Assembly (NCBI RefSeq): GCF_009914755.1
Contig: NC_060937.1
DNA length: 64,000 nt
Origin: the human T2T-CHM13v2.0 reference genome, Homo sapiens
Reading direction: 5' to 3' (one strand)
Part shown: piece by piece, positions 13,153 through 29,531 of the stretch
Numbering within the stretch: position 1 is the stretch's first letter
Layout: each line of letters opens with the position of its first letter
Position numbers and translations under genes: made by a program
Notes under the pieces: model-generated
Databases searched by the model: none
The model's input: the letters and a program-made list of their open reading frames with translations, nothing else
What the model was told of the DNA's origin: nothing

Positions 13153-15111
13153 TATATGTTTAAAGAACTTCAGGATTTACAAAGTACTTTCATATTCATT
13201 ATTTGACTTAAACACAAACTTGAGGCACACTTATTATTTCTGGTTTACAGATTAGGAAACTGAGGCCCAAAGACATTAAAATGACTGGGCCCAGGCAATT
13301 CAGCACGGAGCAATGTGGCAGGGTCGGGATTAAGTTGTGGGACATGATGGGGATCCTGCTCACTGACTTGACTTGCGGGGCCCCAGAGCAAACCCCCTGC
13401 TCACAGGGCCTTAGGTCCTGCCGCCTTAGTGGCACTGCAGCTCACACCTGCGTCTCTCTGAAAAAGAAGCCCAGCATTCTCTGGCATTTATCCATGACCC
13501 TGGGCTCCCAGTTAACTCCTGAGTTTAGAAACCAGGCATTAGTCCTCTAATCCCCACAAGCCCCTCCCATTGTGTGGAATCTGGATAAACCCCAGGCCTG
13601 AGAGATGCAGGAGGGAGGCACCTTCCCCAGTGTGATTGGCAGGACGCAGAGCCCCAAGGCTAGCGTGGGACAGGAGGCTGCCTCTGGCAGGCAGGCAGGC
13701 AAGCATCTCACAGCTGCCCCACCTGGCTGCTGGGCCAGTCGCCTTGAGCTTGGGATAAGGAACCACGAGTCCCCACTTTACCATGAATCCACCCAGGGCA
13801 AAGCTTCCTAAGTCTTTATTTTTTCTTATTTATATAATGGTTCAATATCTGCTGTTTTCTTATCTCATAGGGAAAAAGGTTTTGAGTAAAAACTAAGATC
13901 TATGTGATACTGTAAACTCCTTGGCATGGAGAGTGGGATGACAAAGTGTCTGTTAAAAAGGCTACTGTCCCTTTCTTTGATTGATTCATTCATTTGTTCA
14001 ATAACTATGTATTAACCACCTTCCATATGCCAGACTCTATTCTCAGAATTGGGAACAGAGCTATGAACAAGAAAAATCTCCCCCTATCCTCATGGAGTAG
14101 AATGTCCGGAAAATTCAAACCCTAAGCCACCAACAGTCAGTACAGTCAGAGCTCCATTATTATTCTGAGTATTTTCTATAACATTTTTTCAATGGAAAGT
14201 TCCCAAATGAAAGCAGCTCTGCCCTGCTTCTAGGATGACAAGCCCAGTGTATCGGAAAATACAAACTAATCTCAATACACATTGAAACAAACAATAGGTA
14301 CCAAGGGTAATTCACTGTCTAGTCTGTGATATGCAAAGTGAATTTTTGTAAAGGATATCTCATCCTGCATTTTAACAGGCATAAATAAAAACCTGTTTGC
14401 TGTGCTTAAAACTGGTAAACAAGCTTTTCCACCAAAAACATTCCTTTGCTTATAAACATGTTTTTCTCAAAAGTAGTTAAAATTATAAACATGTTTACCC
14501 CATTCCCAATAAACATAAGGCTACCTCCTTCAAAAGTAATAAACAGCTCTACCCCAAAGTCATAAACATATTTTAGACTGTACAGAAAATTTATGGCATA
14601 AATTGGTAAGTTGTGATATAATTTGGAAACCACATATACAGCCAATGATGTAATGGCTTAGATAATTTTGGAGTACAACCAATATGGTAGATCCAACCAC
14701 AAACCATTAAACTATGAGGCAAGTCCAGAGTTCCCAGGCTCTGCAGTTAACACAGAGACCCGCTGCCAGACTGTGTGAGTGTTGATGACCCCCTACATCT
14801 TCCCGGTGTGTCCTGAGCTGGCTGCAGTTCACCACATGCCACCCATAAGGGACTCTGCCCTGGGGAAGATGGAGACCAAGATCTCTGCCAGTGGAGACCA
14901 CTGGATGCATCAACCGAGAGTGAGTGGCAGCCAAAGCCAAGGGGGAGATGGGCCAGTCCCTGACAGGTGGCACGTGCCTTCCCCACTCGGCCCCCTCTTG
15001 CTGGCTCACAGGTGCCCCTTAGCTTGTTGAAGGAAATAAATAACTGAACCCTGTTTAAACTAGGTGGTGTTTTTGTGTCTGATGGTTCCCACTCATTGAC
15101 ATTCTTTTTAA

Positions 15112-15280
15112 AATCCTTTTTATTTTTTATTTTTAGAGATGGGGTCTTGTTCTGTGGCAGACTGGAGTGCAGTGGCACAATCATAGCCCACTGCAGTAGC
15201 GAGCTCCTGGGCTCAGGTGATCCTCCCGCCTAGGCCTCCTGAGTAGTTGTAACTACAGGTGTGCATACCACTCCTTGGCA
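15112..15280 (-). mobile_element. Alu monomer/fragment
   Basis: tttagagatggggtcttg...ggagtgcagtggcacaatcatagcccactgcag...ctcctgggctcaggtgatcctccc. Confidence 0.8.
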
Positions 15281-17533
15281 TGCTAAATCCAGGCTCTAGC
15301 TTTGACTAAAGGTGTAATTCTTCAGAATAAAAAACCCATTTATACTACTATGTGCATTGCCAATCCCAACAAAGAGGTTCCGGGAAGTCCACTGTTCTTG
15401 AAATTTTCCATTTTTTATAAACAATCAGCTTTGGGCTCTGTTGGAGTGCAGCTGCTCCAAGGTGTGATGCAGTGGGCCCTGAAGGTGGGACATTTTGCCC
15501 AAGGTAAGAACCCTGGGAGAGCCCCTGACTTGTCCACCAAGACCTCCATCCCTCATACCCTTGTCTAAGAGGTGAGCAGGACCAACAGTCTTCATCACCC
15601 GAAAGGGCAATCCACCAGCCTCCCAGGGAGGCTTCACTGCCTCACTGCCTTCCGTCAGCAACCTAATTCTGACACCTTGCTTCCCAGTTGGCTTGCTGGG
15701 TTCAGAGCACTGGGCACCAAGTCTGTGTCTTGGTGTCATTGCTATTCACACAGACATTGTGTCCAGGTTCCTGCATCCAGAAACATTCCAGAACAGTGCC
15801 AGCCTTTGTGGTTTCTCTGTGCTGCCTCTCCCACAGCACTCACTTCCCTCCAACCAAACCACATCACCGTCACTCTTGTGACAAAAATAGAAATAACGAA
15901 GTTTAGAAATCTTGATCTCACAGCCTCCCACCTCCTCCCACCTCTGATCTCCTCTGGGGCATGTTCGCAGAATGTGTGCAATTCTGCCTCTGCTTTTTTA
16001 ATTATCTTCCTTACCTTGTCCCTTAGGCCCTGCTGCACTGTTCCAGGAACAGCCTGGAAAATGGAGGTGCAGCTTCCCTGGTACCCCAAGGGCAGAGCAC
16101 ATTACACATCACAGTGCCAGGGGCCCACTTTCATTTGCAAAATGCTTTAAACCCAACTGTTGCTCTCTCCACCTCCTCCTTATCTTCTTATTTCCCTCCT
16201 TTGCTAACTAAAAAAAAAAAAAAAAAAAAAAAAGTGGTCATCTTGCTTTATCTTCAGCTTGAACTAGAATGGATTGTGTTGATGTATCAACATGGCATCC
16301 TGTTCCCAGGCTCTTTCCTGAAGTCTGCAGGGTCTGCCAGAGACCACGTGCCCCTTTCCCCCAGCCCTAATCTCTCCCTCAAGCAGAATTTGTTTAAAGC
16401 CACTATTGAAAGACTCACGGAATTCCCCCAGCCTTGCTGTCCTCACTCCCACTCATGAACTCCTGTGCAGCTTCATAGTGGCTCGTGATTTGTTTTCTGA
16501 GATTGTGGCCTCAATATGACCAGGAACAAATGTTTCTGATGTGTTTGACTCAGGCCATAGTGTGTGGGAAATGAAAAGGATATACAGGAATAACAGCCAA
16601 TGCAGTGGCTGACCACAGCCCATGGCATCACCTGGGAGCTCCCTCTCTGGGCTTCAGAGCTTCAGGGCCACCTGGGCATGCTTGTGACCCGTCAGTTTCT
16701 CCACTGTGTAATAACTCCACCAGGCGGCTTGCCCACATGCTGCCCAGCGTGTCATCCAGTAGCCAGTGGAGTCCTGTACTTTGTGGGTTCACAGGAGGTC
16801 ATGGAGTTTCTCAGAGCTGAGCCAAAGGGTCCTTATGAAACAGTTCAGGCTACTTCAGGGATGGCAAATGTGTTTCTTCTCACACACCAACTTTGACTTA
16901 TTGGAAGTGGCTCCAGGTGCTACTGAGAAGAACTGCAGGTCATGGCCAAGCTCACTGGGAAGGACTGTTGTAACAAATCAGGGATGCCCTCACTCCTTGG
17001 AGAAGAAGGAAAGACACATGCCCTGTGCCTACAGCCCCTGGGATGGTTTTTCCTACTAACTATGCTTGCCAATTCCTGAAGAGCGAGGCTGGCTTAGCGA
17101 GGACCAGCCTCACCTGTCTGTCTTGTTATCCAGCCTAGGTGCTAGGGAGAAAAATAGGGGATAACCCCAACTCTCCTTTTTTTTTCTTCACTTTTAAAAT
17201 CTAACTCTATAAAAGGGGTCAAAGTGCAAATTATACAGAAATATATGAAAAAAATGGGATGGAAAGCAAGACTTAAAGAAACAGAATATACAAACACAGT
17301 TTGATGCATTTTTTCCATTTTCAACCTTAGTTACTTTCTGCTGAATTTTCTCTGTTTTTAGGATTACTTTCCAAGCTAAATAAAATTGCTTTGAACTCAT
17401 ACCAAGGCCTTATTTGGAGCCAGAAAGTGTTTGAGGCAGAAGTGCTATTCACACTGTTTCACACAAATTCATCAATACCATGATGAGCCCTGAGCATGTG
17501 TCCCCAGCATTTGTGATGTCCCCAAAACACTTC

Positions 17534-17850
17534 TGCTATAGTCCTCCAAATTCATATGTTGAAACTTTACAGGAGGTGATTAAGAATCGAGGGCAGAACC
17601 CTCATGAATGGGATTAGTGCCCTTATGAAAGGGCTCAAAGGAACTAGCTAGCCTTTTGTATCTCTTCGGCTATGTGGAAACACCTGGACACAATCATCTA
17701 TGAGGAATGGGCCCTCACCAGACACCAAATTGGCCAATATCTTGATCTTGGTCTTGATCTTAGACTTCCCAGCCTCCAGAACTGTGAGCAATACATTCAT
17801 TTCTTTATAAATTACCCAGTTAGTTTGTTATAGCAGCAGGAGCAAAGACA
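17534..17850 (+). mobile_element. MaLR LTR (MST/MLT1A-like)
   Basis: tgctatagt..caaattcatatgttgaaac...ctcatgaatgggattagtgcccttatgaaag...ttataaattacccagt...tgttatagcagca. Confidence 0.8.
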
Positions 17851-18164
17851 CCTTCCATCTCTTTGGTTTATTACTTAGTCTCTTACTTCTGGTTCATAGT
17901 ACATGGCTTCTCACACCACATCTAAACTTTAAACTTCTTACAACCACAAATCCACTCTTTCTAATCAGAACCAAAATATGAGAATTTAAAAAATCACCAT
18001 GCATGCATCTAACATCTGCCCAACACTTTCTCTGATTTAGTGACATCCACCCTTCAAGACTGTCAACAAACCACCTGTTGATCTTATCACCTAAATTTCT
18101 TTGACACTTGGCAGACATTTACCACTTTACATTCTATAAATGGTAATAGAAAAGAGTAACTCAT

Positions 18165-19272
18165 TAAGAGCTGAAAAGACTAGCCACAACTGGGGAAAAA
18201 AATTTTAAAAACCACCTACCTGAAAAAGGATTTACATCCAAAATATACAAAGAATGCCTAAAACTCAACAATAAGAAAACAACTCAATTAAAAACTGGAC
18301 AAAAGATGTGAACAAACATCTAACCAAAGAAGATATACAGATGGTAAATATGCATATGCAAAGATGTTGCCCCTCATGTCATCTGGGAATTGCAAGTTGA
18401 AACAACAATGAGACACCACTACACACATATTAAAATGGCTAAAATACAAAATATTGACAACACCAAATGGTAGCAAGGATGGGGAACAACAGAAACTCCC
18501 ATTCATTGCTGGTGGGAATGCAAAAAGGCACAGCCACTTTGGAAGACAGAGGGGCCATTTATTACAAAGCTAAACATAGTCTTACCACAAAGTCAAGCAA
18601 TTGACTCCTAAGTATTTATCCAATTGAATTGAAAACACAAAAATCTGCACACAAAGTTTATAGTAGTTTTCTTCATGATTGCCAAAACTTGGAAGCAACC
18701 AAAATGTCATTCAATAGGTGAATGAATAAATGAACTATAGTACATTTACATAATAGACTATTACTCAGTGATAAAAAGAAATGAGGTATCAAGCCTCAAA
18801 AACACATGGAAGAAGCTTAAATGCATTTTGCTAAGTGAAAGAGGCCAGTCTGAAAAGGCAACATACTGTATGATTCCAACTAAATGACATTCTGGAACAG
18901 GCAAAACTATAGAGACAGTAAAAAGGTCAGTGGTTCCCAGGGTTGAGGGAAAGGGAGGAGGGAAGAATTAATGTATGGAGCACAGAGCAATTTTAGGACA
19001 ATGAAACCATTCTGCATGTTACTATCATGGTGGACACATGACATTATGTATTTGACAAAAGTCATAGGACTGCACAACAGAGTAAGCCCTAAAGTAAACT
19101 GTTGACTCTACTTGACAATGTATCAATTATAACAAATATACCAAAATGCAATATGTTAATAATTGGGGAAACTGGGGACAGGGAAGAGGAGGTTTATGGG
19201 AACTCCATACTTTCTGCTCAATTTTTCTGGAAATCTAAAACTGCTCTTAAAACAGTCTATTAATAATAAAAA
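18165..19272 (+). mobile_element. L1 3' fragment (L1MC-like)
   Basis: ORF2 3'-end motifs (aaaactcaacaataagaaaac, caaagaagatatacagatgg, tgctggtgggaatgcaaa) plus a 3'UTR ending in aataaaaa. Confidence 0.88.
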
Positions 19273-19349
19273 TGGCAATAAGAGCACAAAGCATGGAAAT
19301 TTAGTCAAGAATACACACAAGATCTTAAATTTTTAAAACTTTAAAATTT

Positions 19350-20850
<1,501 letters not shown>

Positions 20851-21117
20851 ATTCCTAAGAGGAAACAAAATGACAATCAAGAGAGGGGTGCTTGCATGAA
20901 ACAGTGTGACTATGTGGCATGAACTGAGGAGGAGGATTAACTCAACCCTCTGCACCTGAGGCAGCAACAACTTATGTTAACATAATAACATAATAGTTAA
21001 CATAATAACAAAGTAAGTTATTAACTTAGTTTCTACAAGTTAGATTAAAAACTAGCTCTAAATTCAAGTCTAGAGATCTTTGTTAAAGTTTCCAACCTAT
21101 TTCTTGCAAGACATTTA

Positions 21118-21542
<425 letters not shown>

Positions 21543-22519
21543 TTAAGTAAGATGAGATGAGAGATGGGGACATAGTCCAAAGAAGTTGATGCTTTCAGCC
21601 TTTCCTGCTTATCAGGCACCATGATAAGGCTGTTTGCTGTCATCTTCACAGTGAGAGGTAGGTATCATACACCCACTTTGCAGAAGAGGCAACTAAAGCT
21701 CAGAGCAATTCAGTGACTTGCCCAAAATCTGCCAGCCCACTGTGCTCTCTCCAGCACACCATTCTGAAAGGTATCAAAAAGTAGAGGGGCCCAGGTTCAT
21801 TTTGAGTCTATGCACTGCATAGCTGTGAAGTACCAGAGGGCCGTGTTGCAGCTATCAGCCGGGACAGCAGGAAGCCCAGCGGCAGCGCTTTGCCGTTGCC
21901 TTCCTGGAAGGACAGGTGGAGGCTCACCTGCACCATTTCCCATGAAGTACTTGCTAATTTCATCTGGCTGTGCAGCACCATGTGCTGGGCTACCTTGCAT
22001 TGCCCTCTGGCTTGCTCTAGCTGTTCCCTCAGACTTCTTTTAACAGTGCCCATGTCTTCCTCAGTGGGTGTGCTCTCTCTTCATGGCAAAATCCTCAAGG
22101 TCAGGGCTACAAATGGGACTCCTCCTGTACAACCCCAGACAGGCAGCCCATACAAGCACAAAGGAGATGCCTACCTATTAATTATGTCCTTACTGAATTG
22201 AAATGCAATGCTTCTATCCATCACATTAGTTTGGTAGACCTTTGGATTTGAAAGTGATTTGTTTATAAGAATCGGCTAGTGAAAAATGTTAAACCATAAT
22301 TTTTAAAAGTGCTGGGCCTCATAGCAGTCTACCTACAGGTGATTCACCACAGCATTCCTGGTAAATGTGGGCAAAGTGAACACGCATTACGAGCAAAACA
22401 GTCTGGGCTGGCCATCGAAAGGCTTAGAATCCTACAGCCAAGAGGGATTTTAAGAGACCTCATCCCTTGGCTCCTGACAGCACCAAGACTGTGATGAAGG
22501 GCATGTGCCTTAGTGTCAA

Positions 22520-22712
22520 GGTGGCCCTAGGTTCAAACCCCAGCTTGGCCTGGTGGGACCTTAGGCAAGATCTTAAGCTCTTCAGACTTAGTTTCTTCAT
22601 CTGCAAAATGGGAATGATAATACATTCCTCATAGGATTGCTGTGAGGATTCATTGCAATTGTGAATGGACAGGGTCTAATAGAGTAGCTGGAACACAGTA
22701 AGTGCTCAGTAA
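22520..22712 (+). mobile_element. MIR SINE
   Basis: cctaggttcaaaccccagc...cttaggcaag...tagtttcttcatctgcaaaatggg...cagtaagtgctca. Confidence 0.75.
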
Positions 22713-23356
22713 TGCTCTCTATATATGTTGTTAAAATTACAAATAAATATCTCCAAGAATGGAGCCTCACTTAGCAGTATAATGAACATCCATCCCAGCA
22801 AGATAGAAATAAACATGATAATCTCTGCTTAAATGGTCAGAGACCACAGTGACTTACCCAGGTTCAAGGCTGAGTACACAGAAGAAAAATCACTTGCAGT
22901 TCATCTTTCATTCATTCACACTTTGAAATGTTTAGCCTATATAGAAAATATATCCTGTATGTTAAATTTCCCTAGCATTTTTCCCGAAGGATGCTTCTTA
23001 AAAGCAAGTTAGAATGGCATATTCATAGAGTTAGAAAGAAATGTTTGTAGAAGTTACACAAACAACCTTTTTTTAATTTGGGAAATCTTTTTATAAGCTT
23101 CTCTCCACTGCTACCACTGGCAAATAGTGAATCAGCTGTTTCCCCTGGAATTCCTGCTACAGGCAGCTCACAATGTGACAAGGCAGTCCTCACAAGTTAC
23201 TGCCGCTCCATCACCATCAACATCTAAAATACGCAGGCAGTGAGCAAGACTCTAAGTCCCATAGAAGCTGAGCCCAGGTTACTGGTTCACTGCCATATGC
23301 CCAGAACCTAGCAGCACAGTGATTTGTGACCAAGCAGGTGATCAAGAGATATTTGT

Positions 23357-23498
23357 TGGATGGATGGATAGGTGGATGGATGGATGGATGGATGGATGGA
23401 TGGATGGATGCACGGACAGACGGATGGATGGACAGATGAATGGACAGATGGATTGATGGATGCATGGATGGATGGACAGATGGACAGATGGATGAATG
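23357..23498. repeat. (TGGA)n degenerate tetranucleotide repeat at an L2 3' end
   Basis: ~140 bp of ggat/ggac units preceded by cctagcagcacagtg...atatttgttgga. Confidence 0.9.
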
Positions 23499-24582
23499 AT
23501 ATGCCCTCTCTGGGTGCTATAGAATAAGTTAAACCTGTTTATTCTCCTTTCATACTATGGCTTAGAGAATACCCTGTCCATTCACAATTGCATTGAATCT
23601 AAAGTAAAGATTTGGGGATATTTTATGTGATGCAATTATAGAACTGTAACTATCCTAAGACCTGTAAACAATCCCAGGTTTGGGTGTCAGCAATAAAACT
23701 CTTTAAAGTGAATTACCCACTGATTACAGGGGTAGTTGTCAAGTGAAAACAGTCCATTGATTTTCAAATATTAACACTTACAGATGCCTGAGAGATAATT
23801 ATTAAGAATTGCATTCAGTTCTTCTTTAATCTGTAACCACATATAAGCTACCATCTATTTTGAACTTAATACAAGGCCTAAGTCCTTAATAAAAATGTAT
23901 GTAATTCTGAATTGATCACAAGGACAGACTTTTGACAGAACCTGCTCATATTTTTCAAAAATATGTGTCTACTCGTTGACAACATGGTCTCTTTCTCAAA
24001 TTAGTCATTGGACTTACGAACTGTTGTATCTGAGAAGAACCAGATTATTAATAACTCAAGTTACATATATAAATTAGTGCATTCACTTTGATAAATAATA
24101 AATGAGGCAAGTCACCCTGCTCCGAACTGATCGTGCCATATCTTGCGTTGTTTTCTCTTTTGCAGAATTTCTTTTCATTTGCTGAAAGTTTTAAGTCATG
24201 CCCAATGACTGATTTATTGTTTTCTTCACAGGAGGAGGGGGGAAGCATTAGGTACCTGGTACCCAGCAAAAGCCCAACAAGCAAAGTTATCAGTGGAATT
24301 CCTCAATGTGACAAAGGGCTGGATGAGGGGTTCCTTGCTGGTACAACCAGGTCACAAGCCTAAGAAGGCTTGACGGGTGTGGCTGGCTCTCCCCCCACGG
24401 CCCTGCTCTGTTCCCGATCTGGGCTTTGCTGCCCTGGGCTGGGCTGCTTCTCCTGGCTCTCTGCAGGACCTCCAGGCTCCAGGAATTTGGACCGAGTGGT
24501 AGAGACATCGCCGGCAGAGACGGCAATCGCCAGCTTCCTCTCTGTGCTGTCTTGTGATTCAAAGCAGATTCTGCTCCACTTT

Positions 24583-24692
24583 TTTAAAAGGGGAGCACAT
24601 GAATGCTGGAGACCCACAAGAACAGAGTCGAGCAAGGAAACGTGCAACAGTGATACAAAAGTCTGTGAGTACGTGGCTCATTCGAGGTGAGC
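24583..24692 (+). promoter_or_regulatory. Candidate SERPINE3 core promoter and short non-coding first exon
   Basis: TATA-like TTTAAAAG at 24583-24590 and CACATGA E-box at 24596-24602, followed by donor-like sites TCT|GTGAGT (24665) and GAG|GTGAGC (24687). The ATG exon has a good acceptor at 25995, which implies an upstream exon. Confidence 0.45.
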
Positions 24693-25016
24693 CATGACAG
24701 GGATTTGTTCATGGGGAGCCCAGGGGCATCAAGGTCTGATTGCTGAGAGTGTTCTTGTGGGAGATGGGAGGTTATAAGAGCTGTGAGAACCCTGGGGCTT
24801 AAGAGTTTTGCAAATGACCCTGGGCTGGGACACACACACACACACATAGAAAGAAAGAGAGAGAGAGAGAGCCCTATGTACCAAGGTCATCCAAGCACTG
24901 CATTTGTACTTGGCTGTAGGGAGGAAGGGTTGGAAAAAAGAGAAGATGTTTTCTATCTTGGACCTTTACCTAAAATAGGCACCATCGTGCTCAGTGGCCT
25001 TGCTTGTAAACTTCTA

Positions 25017-25069
25017 CAGGAGGGTGAGTTGGAGAGAGTGAGTGTGAGCGTGAGTAGCAGGGTGAGCTG
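25017..25069 (-). repeat. Solo inverted copy (~1.4 units) of the 38-bp minisatellite
   Basis: Its reverse complement cagctcaccctgctactcacgctcacactcactctctccaactcaccctcctg matches 26366-26418 at 47/53 positions. Confidence 0.9.
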
Positions 25070-25988
25070 CTCACTGGTGAGTCCAGGAAGTGACTCTGGA
25101 CCTCTTCTTACATCAGTTTGGTATGATACCACAGTCAGACAACTTAACAAAAACTGCTGCTGGCTGGATGTGTGGCATGGTCGTTGAAAACATTTTTTTA
25201 CTTTGCCTTTCTCTTCTTGCATTATTTTCTAGTTAATGATCTCTCTTCCTTGGAAGAGTACATTTCTGGGGTAGGAACTATCTTTGTGAAAATATTCTTT
25301 TTTAGAGACTAATTTGCATCACAAGAATTCTGATATTCGAGGTACAATTAGTTCATGTATCAATATTTTAATTCACATAGGTATTCTCAAAATTTTATAT
25401 ACCACTCATAGAAGACCAGGATTTGAGTCACAGCACTGTTTCTTTCCCCATACAAATGAGTCACTGGGCCTCAAAGGTTCAATCATCCTCTTTATAGATG
25501 AAATATAATAACAGATACTAGTGAGATTGTTGGGATGATTAACTGCAAATGTACAAAGTCCTTTTTAACATAGTAGATAATTATTTATTATTATTCCTGA
25601 TAGACACAGCACAGCTATAAGCTGACTATATACCAAGAACAATGAGTAGGATTACCTCTTACATTTCTTTTCCCAACATAATGCTTTGCTTCTGATCTGA
25701 CCAGGGCTTTGCTAAAGTCACACATCCAGTAAGTGGCCGAAGCAGATCTTCAGACCCACAGTTTGGCTGCCAAAGGACCACAGTGAGTATTTCTAATGCT
25801 GAAACAAGAGGGTGCAGCTCTGCAGCCCAGACGGCTGGGCCTCAGGGTAGGTAACCAAGACAGCTCAATGCATCTCTCCCTCAGCCGTCCCTAGCCCCTA
25901 AAAACAGAGCTGGGGGTCCCAGTCCTCTGTGGGACATGGCCCTCTTTCATCACCAGCTTCCAGCCTACCCTGCATCTCTTCCCTCTGA

Positions 25989-26495
<507 letters not shown>

Positions 26496-26599
26496 TGACA
26501 GAAGGCATTCAGACTTTGGGATGGTGGTGACCCTTGAATTTTAAGGTTCCCTTCTAACCTAATAGGTTTCATGGCAATGTTTCAGTTTCATTTGACACA

Positions 26600-26840
26600 C
26601 CCTAGCATAGTGCCTTCCTAGGTGCCAGGCAGTGCTGGAGGCACTTACAAACATTAATTGAATTAATTGTCACAACAGCTCTGTTGAGGATGATAATTTT
26701 ATTATCATCCCAATTTCAGAGATGAGCAAATAGGCATGGAGAGTTGAAGCAACTTGCTCAAGTTCACAGAGCCAATAAGTGACAGAGTTGGGACTCAAGC
26801 CCAGGCTGCCTGGTTTAAGAGCCCATGCTTTTGACCAACC
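26600..26840 (-). mobile_element. MIR SINE
   Basis: tattatcatcccaatttcagagatgagcaaa...aacttgctcaagttcacagagccaataagtgacagagttgggactcaagcccagg. Confidence 0.75.
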
Positions 26841-29000
26841 TGCTTTTATAAATCTGTGACTTCTAGCCAGTGCCAGATCTGCCAGCTTATTTCTATGGAT
26901 TATGTATTTTAGAGCGGCTTTGCCGGCAGCAGCATGAGTCTTTCGAATGCCGGGTCAGCTTCCCCTCTGCTTACGCTCAGTGCCTCAGCTCAATGCCTGG
27001 CCTCAGAACCAATCTACCAACTCCAGCTAAAACAGATACTCACACACATTAACATTTTTCTTCCTAGACTAGGATCTAGGAATTCAGCAAAGACAGAACA
27101 AAAAAAAAAAAAAAAAAAAAAGAGGCTATGAGCTCTGCGGCCTCACGTTCATTCAAAGTGGAATGAAGCTGTCCTAGGCAGGGTCATCCCGGCCTACCCA
27201 TTCTTCACCCTGTGGGTGAGCAGGGCAGTAAAGCCCCACCACCTATACCTGGGTGACACTGAGCACCTTTGTTAATCTGTCTGGGCCTCTGCTCGCTCAT
27301 ATATAAAATGGGGATAATAATAGCCCTCAATTCACAGGACTGTCAAAAGCATTCAGTGTGATCAGGAGTGTTGAGTGTTTAGCACAATGTCTATGAACAC
27401 AGTCAACCTCCGGCATTTTTTACCCTGTCATTGCATATTCTGGCAGGTCTAAAAATGTTCTTCCTGTGTGCAAATGTGCATGGACAAACTAGGCTAGGGC
27501 AGAGAAAAGATTTCACACAAAAATTCACTTCAAGCCAACTTACTCTACTATTTTAATGTTTCTGACTAAAAGAATGTGGGTCCCCTGGCCCAGAGAGGGT
27601 GGAAAGATGGAGAGGAGAGTTCTGTGACCATTCCTCAGGTCACACCACACTATGGACAAGGGAAGTGTTTCAATTCTTCTCTGCAGACAGTCAACATTCC
27701 TAGGAATGTGATCTCAGAAATACATGTGACCTTCCTCGATAGAGTAAAATCTGATTATAAGTATGTTTTTATCCATTTTTTTCTTACTACACTCAAATGC
27801 AAGCACTTAAGTTAGGCTGATTCATGAGATCAAGATTCTGAGTCAGTCTTTTGCAATTGTGGATTCTCAGGAGCAGCTTCGGTAGTGAACATATTGTGGA
27901 CAAGTGATGTCTGCCTACTATTGTCCTCTGCAGCCTCGTTTGGCTGGGGACCCTGGCCAGGGTGGACTCTGGGTTCCCGTGCCTCCAGAGAACATTAGCC
28001 AGGAAACTCAGGGGTCTGCTGCTGCCTCCTGGCTTGGCTTCTGCAACATGAAGGGTGTCAGAGGGGACAGACCCCAAGTGAGTGAGAGTTTCATCCCAGT
28101 GAAAACCAGCCGGAGCCAGGTAGTGGAGGAAAAGATACCCAGCATTTTGTCTTACAGGGAGGGTTTGTAGATAACTGCAGGGCTGTGCCTAAAAGGGAGT
28201 AGAAGCAGCCTAAGCAAGGGGGCTTCACTTCTGGAAACACTCAGCTTGCATGTGTCAGGAATGAGAAGCTTGGGGTACGCCACTGTGTCTGGACTCACCA
28301 GTGGGCAAGAGCCCTCGTTCCAGCTATGGGATGCCTGGGGGAGGACAGAAGCTGCAGCTTGTGAATAATAACATGAAAACAAAATCCACTATTGATCATG
28401 GAAAGAAGGAAGCAATCTCCTGTATAAACAGTAAATAAATAGAAGTCCAGCTGCCATCCACGAAGGTGGAAGCTATCGACTCCCTCAAATGCTTATTATT
28501 TCCTTGACATTCTTGCAGCCTTTCACTGACATTAATAACACAAGCTGTCTGCTGGGTCTTAGGGAAACGGGGGATGGGAGGAGTTCTTACTTTTCCTCTG
28601 TATTTCTCAAATTGAAAGCATAGTTCTACACAAGGCTGAATCCAAATGTTACTCAGGCTCATGACACGCAGTTGTGGGAATGGATTTAAAGCCCCGTACA
28701 AGACATATTGACAGCACAACATCCTGGCCACCTCCCATCATTGTCACTGTAACATTGCACATAAATCTCCTGATGTGTTTGAAACCCCATCACCCTGCAC
28801 CCTGGACCTGCTGTTTTCCCAGCCCTAGAATCTCTACTCCAACACACATCAACCTTCCTAAAGCAGAAAATTAAGGAAGAATATCCTCTATTCATCTACT
28901 GGATGTTGGTAGTGTTTTTCTATTTGACTTCATTGCAGCTTGATTTCTTTCATATCTAGCATGGTTTCTTCCCAACTTTTAATTGGTGGATCCAGGCTGA

Positions 29001-29531
<531 letters not shown>

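Noticed and set aside
15572-16150. Longest intergenic ORF (192 aa) and overlapping ORFs
   Set aside because: Starts at GTG, has no recognisable domain or exon-like splice context, and its composition is typical of chance ORFs.
16209-16233. Orphan poly(A) tracts (also ~27100-27121 and ~60399-60414) as processed-pseudogene tails
   Set aside because: No upstream retrocopy body or convincing target-site duplication seen; treated as simple mononucleotide runs.
24370-24690. 106-aa ORF over the putative SERPINE3 promoter
   Set aside because: Non-ATG start (TTG) and no recognisable homology; explained by local GC richness.
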